Source of the DNA: Octopus bimaculoides
Lineage: Eukaryota
Length of the DNA: 40,861 bases
Direction: 5' to 3'
Assembly (NCBI RefSeq): GCF_001194135.2
Contig: NC_068985.1
Location: 8,794,727 to 8,835,587, forward strand
This document shows positions 37,042-40,861 of the stretch, one piece after another; the first letter of the stretch is position 1, and each line of letters opens with the position of its first letter. A program made the translations under genes and the position numbers. The notes under the pieces were generated by a model. The model saw only the letters and a list, made by a program, of their open reading frames with translations. It ran no database searches and was not told the DNA's origin.

Positions 37042-37777
37042 AATATATGTATATATACATATACATATATATATATATATATATATTTAAAGATTTGTGT
37101 GTGTACGCGCAGTTTGTATTTAAATTCTTTCGTTTTAAATTCATTTAATCAAGAAGGTTCAATAGTTTGATTTATTTTTATTTATTTATTTTCCGCTCCG
37201 TCGCTCTTGTACTCAATAATCCAAATAAATCGCACATATAAATAATTGCAATTTTATTCCATGTCATTTTTAGAAATGGAGTCTTACAATATTACTTAAA
37301 TATTTACTCTAACATTCTATATGAATTTTATGGTATCTGAAATTCTATACGCTTACCATTTATTTTTTTTTCCCAAAGTATCTTTTATCTGAGAAGTTCA
37401 ATACGGTTATATATTCCCAATATTCTTTTATGTTAATTTGGTGTTATAATCCTATATCTAATCACATGTTTTGAGATCATTGACACGTTACGATATTAAC
37501 TTATTCCAAATTTCATATTTTTGTCATCGTTACTCCACAACATTATCGTGAACTACAATACAGCTTTGGATGTATTTTCTGAGCCACAAATCTGATTACA
37601 CTCTTTCTCTCTCTTTCTGTTTCAAAATGTAACCCCACATGTGTGTGTGCTTGTGTGTGTGTTTGTGTGTGTGTGTGTGCATGTGTTTGTGTGTATGTGT
37701 GTATGTACGTGTGTAAGGCTTTATATATATAACACAGACACACAAATACATAATACATACATATATATATATATTTA

Positions 37778-37930
37778 TGACGGGCTTCTTTCAGTTTCTA
37801 TCTACCAAATCCATTTACATATCTTTTGTCGGCCCGAGGGGCTATAGTAGAAGACACCTGCCCAAGGTGCAACGCAGTGGGACTGAAACCGAAACCGTGT
37901 TGTTGGAAAGCAAACCTCTTACCACACAGC
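37778..37930 (-). mobile_element. SINE family B 5' half
   Basis: gacgggcttctttcagtttc...ggctatagtagaagacac.tgcccaaggtgc.acgcagtgggactgaa...ttaccacacagc. Confidence 0.82.
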
Positions 37931-37938
37931 TGAAAAAC

Positions 37939-38400
37939 AATTGGCGTCAACAAGATGTAGTGCGGTTGTACATTTATTTTCAATCACTACAATTGTTTCT
38001 GCGTAACGTAGTTCTCCAGGCGTGCAGGTACTTGATTATGCAACCGTTTCCCTGCATAATAAGATCTAGTTGTGTTTCCTAAGGCGATATGTAAATATTG
38101 TCTCCGTAAGTTCAAATTCTCAGCTTCAAGTTCATTCCCTCTGTTTGTCGTGACCTGAAGTTTGTAGCTGCCACTGTGTTTATCAAACTGTGTTGTTGCT
38201 GAAGGACCGTTGACGCAGAAGAATGCTTTCCAATACATTCTTCTTATGAAGGAGCTTGATTTGTCTAGTAGTTGTTTTAAGTATTCGTTCTTAGTTCGTA
38301 TGCGGATTTCTTTTAGTGAGGAGTCGAGTTTTACTTTCTCCCTCACTTGGCTCTCTATAGTAAACAAATGTAAAAAGCGACTTCGACCGGTTTTCTAATT
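37939..38400 (-). mobile_element. Penelope-like element ORF N-terminal/pLTR unit, left arm of inverted duplication
   Basis: ORF 37987-38367: SSLKEIRIRTKNEYLKQLLDKSSSFIRRMYWKAFF, matching the PLE N-terminal SLKNIPIP...YL..LI.K...FI.RMRWKAFF motif. Hammerhead remnant at 37984-38087 has a mutated core (CTTAGGA). Confidence 0.8.
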
Positions 38401-38572
38401 ACGGTCAATATTAGTTATAATATATTCACACACTACAGAAGCCCAAACACAAACCTGGAAGTGCGCATAATACTACGACTGGTTAGCACAGGGTGAAATC
38501 TGAAGATAGGTGAACTTTATACTGAACTCTACTACGTTCTTAACATAATACACCATAATTAATATTGAGAGA

Positions 38573-39035
38573 AATTAGGAAACCGGTCGATATCGCTTTT
38601 TACATTAGGATGCTCTAGAAAGTCAAAGGATGGAGAAAGCAAACCTCGACTCCTCACTAAAAGAAATCCGCATACCAACTAAGAGCGAATACTTAAAACA
38701 ACTACTAGACAAATCAAGCTCCTTCATAAGAAGAATGTATTGGAAAGCATTCTTCTGCGCCAACGGTCCTTCTGCAACAACACAGCTTGGTAAACTCAGT
38801 GGCTGCTACTAACTTCAGGCCACGACAAACAGACAGGATGCTCTTGAAGCTGAGAATATGAACTTAAGGAGTCAATATTTACATATCGCCTGAGGAAACA
38901 CAACTAGATCTTATAATGCAGGGAAACGATTGCATAATCAAGTACCTGCATACTTGGGGAACTGCGTTGCGCAGAAACAATTGTAGTGATTGAAAATAAA
39001 TGTACAACCGCTCTACTTCTTGTTGATGCCAAATT
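38573..39035 (+). mobile_element. Penelope-like element ORF N-terminal/pLTR unit, right arm of inverted duplication
   Basis: About 90% identical by hand alignment to the reverse complement of 37939-38400. Carries tcgc-CTGAGGA(38890)...GAAAC-aatt-GTA-gtga(38989). Confidence 0.8.
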
Positions 39036-39182
39036 TCTTCAGTTATCTATTCACACATAGCAGATACACGAATGCAAACCTAGAAGTAAGTATAATACTA
39101 CTACTAGATAGCACAGGGTAAAACTGAAGGTGGACGAGCTTTATATTGTATTCTACTATCATAACATAGCTCTCTCTCTCTC

Positions 39183-39225
<43 letters not shown>

Positions 39226-40030
39226 GCACGCACGTTATAGAATAATCTCATCGTTATTTGTATTGTTCAACAACAACAAACTTCTCCTCATCCACCAACC
39301 GTATAACCGAAATACATTCTAACTATGACCATCATGTCAATCACATGTACTCTTTCTGTTTTCAATACGGTATAATTTTAGAGAGATTTGTTTGCCATTC
39401 CTACCATGTCGACTGAATAGTGAGCGGGTCCCTCAAACCGACTTCGAATTACGTAGAAGTATACGCGTCGATGGCGATAGATACCAGTTAGATATGAATT
39501 ATTAGTACGGGAGTAAGTCTTATAATGTCTTACGTCTTCAGCCATTGCTGTTCTTTCTCATTTTTTAAAACACATAATAACGTACAAATATTCCTGGCGA
39601 CACATCGCAAGTAGAAATTAAATCACAAGTAGAGAGAAAATGAATAACGTGTCAGTGAGAATTACAGTGTCTTGTGATTTCATTATTGTTTTGAGGTATT
39701 TTTCAATAACGTAATGAAATCACTGCATTATCATACCAACTACTTTGTTTAAACAAAGTGCTCTGGTGCCATCTTCACCGCTTTCCAACAAAACTGCGTT
39801 AAATTATCCCAGAAGATTAGATATATTATTTTTCCTTTTGTCTGCTACTTTTTTTTCAGTCATTGCACTGCGGCCATGCTAGGGCAACGCCTTGAAGGTT
39901 TTTATTAAGTCGGAAAGATCGACTCTGGTTCTTATCTTTTCGTGAAAATCTGATACTTATCGGTTTTTGCCGAACTGCAAGGTTACGGCGATGTTAACAA
40001 AACAACAAAGACAGATGCACACACACACAC

Positions 40031-40060
<30 letters not shown>

Positions 40061-40122
<62 letters not shown>
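40061..40122. repeat. (GATA)n microsatellite
   Basis: Direct reading. Confidence 0.95.
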
Positions 40123-40123
<1 letters not shown>

Positions 40124-40271
40124 CGTGTGGTGTGCATATGTGTGTATACACACACACACGATGGGTTTCTTTCCATTTCTTCTACTAAATCCATTAACAA
40201 GGTTTTGGTCAGCAGGAGAATACTGCGGGAGGCATCTGCCAATGAACCGCACAGTGAGACCGAACTCAAGA

Positions 40272-40360
40272 CCACATAGCTTCTATCCCACATAGCTTCT
40301 ATCCCACATAGCTTCTATCCCACATAGCTTATATCCCACACAGCTTCTATCCCACATAGC
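40272..40360. repeat. 16 bp minisatellite ccacatagcttctatc x5.6
   Basis: Units start at 40272, 40288, 40304, 40320, 40336 and 40352 (partial). Confidence 0.95.
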
Positions 40361-40630
40361 TACATCGGCGCCTATGCTTTTTTCTTGGACTTGCTTTCTA
40401 ATCATTCCAAATTAAGCTTTACTCATCTTCATATAAACAAGTATTATATACAAGTGTTTTATTAATGTTTGAAATATATATACATTGGCTTGTCGTTGGC
40501 TAAACGGAAGTATTTTTCATCTTCCCATCGATATTCTATTATTTTATGTTCTTTGACGTATCGGTCAAATGGAGTTGCTTGTCAAGTTTAAATATAAATA
40601 TGCTTGTACGTGATATATAAATATATATAT

Positions 40631-40861
40631 CATCATCATCATCATCATCGTTTAACGTCCGCTTTCCATGCTAGCATGGGTTGGACGATTTGACTGAGGA
40701 CTGGTGAAACCGGATGGCAACACCAGGCTCCAGTCTGATTTGGCAGAGTTTCTACAGCTGGATGCCCTTCCTAACGCCAACCACTCAGAGAGTGTAGTGG
40801 GTGCTTTTACGTGTCACCCGCACGAAAACGGCCACGCTCGAAATGGTGTCTTTTATGTGCC
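40631..40861 (-). mobile_element. SINE family D (RTE-type (GAT)n tail), runs off the window end
   Basis: (CAT)6-cgtttaacgtccgctttccatgctagcatgggttggacg...gctggatgcccttcctaacgccaacc; the minus strand ends in (GAT)n. Confidence 0.7.

Larger units (their letters stand above)
39848..40376 (-). mobile_element. SINE family B with (GATA)n/(CA)n spacer and a 16 bp minisatellite in its head
   Basis: Tail cagtcattgcactgcggccatgctagggc at 39855; core at 40160-40260; head start ataggcgcc at ~40375. Confidence 0.75.

Noticed and set aside
650-40293. Numerous ORF-track entries rich in YI, CV, HT, poly-X, poly-I, poly-Y or poly-S
   Set aside because: Translations of microsatellites and N gaps; no coding signal.
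40272-40360. Short tandem repeat considered as a CRISPR array
   Set aside because: No spacers, eukaryotic context and no cas genes.
40698-40720. CTGAGGActggtGAAAC inside SINE D
   Set aside because: No stem II pairing, no NUH in register and no stem I.

Overview
Eukaryotic, AT-rich, repeat-dense DNA from a gapped short-read assembly (10 N-gaps, about 3.8 kb, most flanked by microsatellites). The SINE families and microsatellite load resemble octopus (coleoid cephalopod) genomic DNA; this is recognition from memory, not a database result. No intact protein-coding gene, rRNA, tRNA or CRISPR array is supported, and almost all listed ORFs are microsatellite or N-run artefacts. Supported content: a near-complete decayed mariner with TIRs, three kinds of restriction-like-endonuclease (RLE) LINE remnants (two R4/Dong-like, one HERO-like), Penelope-like element (PLE) fragments, four SINE families (three in multiple copies), small MITE/Helentron-like elements, and one weak candidate exon. 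Most notable: (1) a type I hammerhead ribozyme fold with a complete catalytic core and an unusually long (93 nt) stem II at 14168-14311 (-), with two homologous decayed copies in the arms of a ~460 bp PLE inverted duplication at 37939-39035; (2) an R4/Dong-like LINE family whose junctions suggest (TACA)n microsatellite targeting; (3) a perfect 50 bp (CCCTAA)/(TTAGGG) palindrome.
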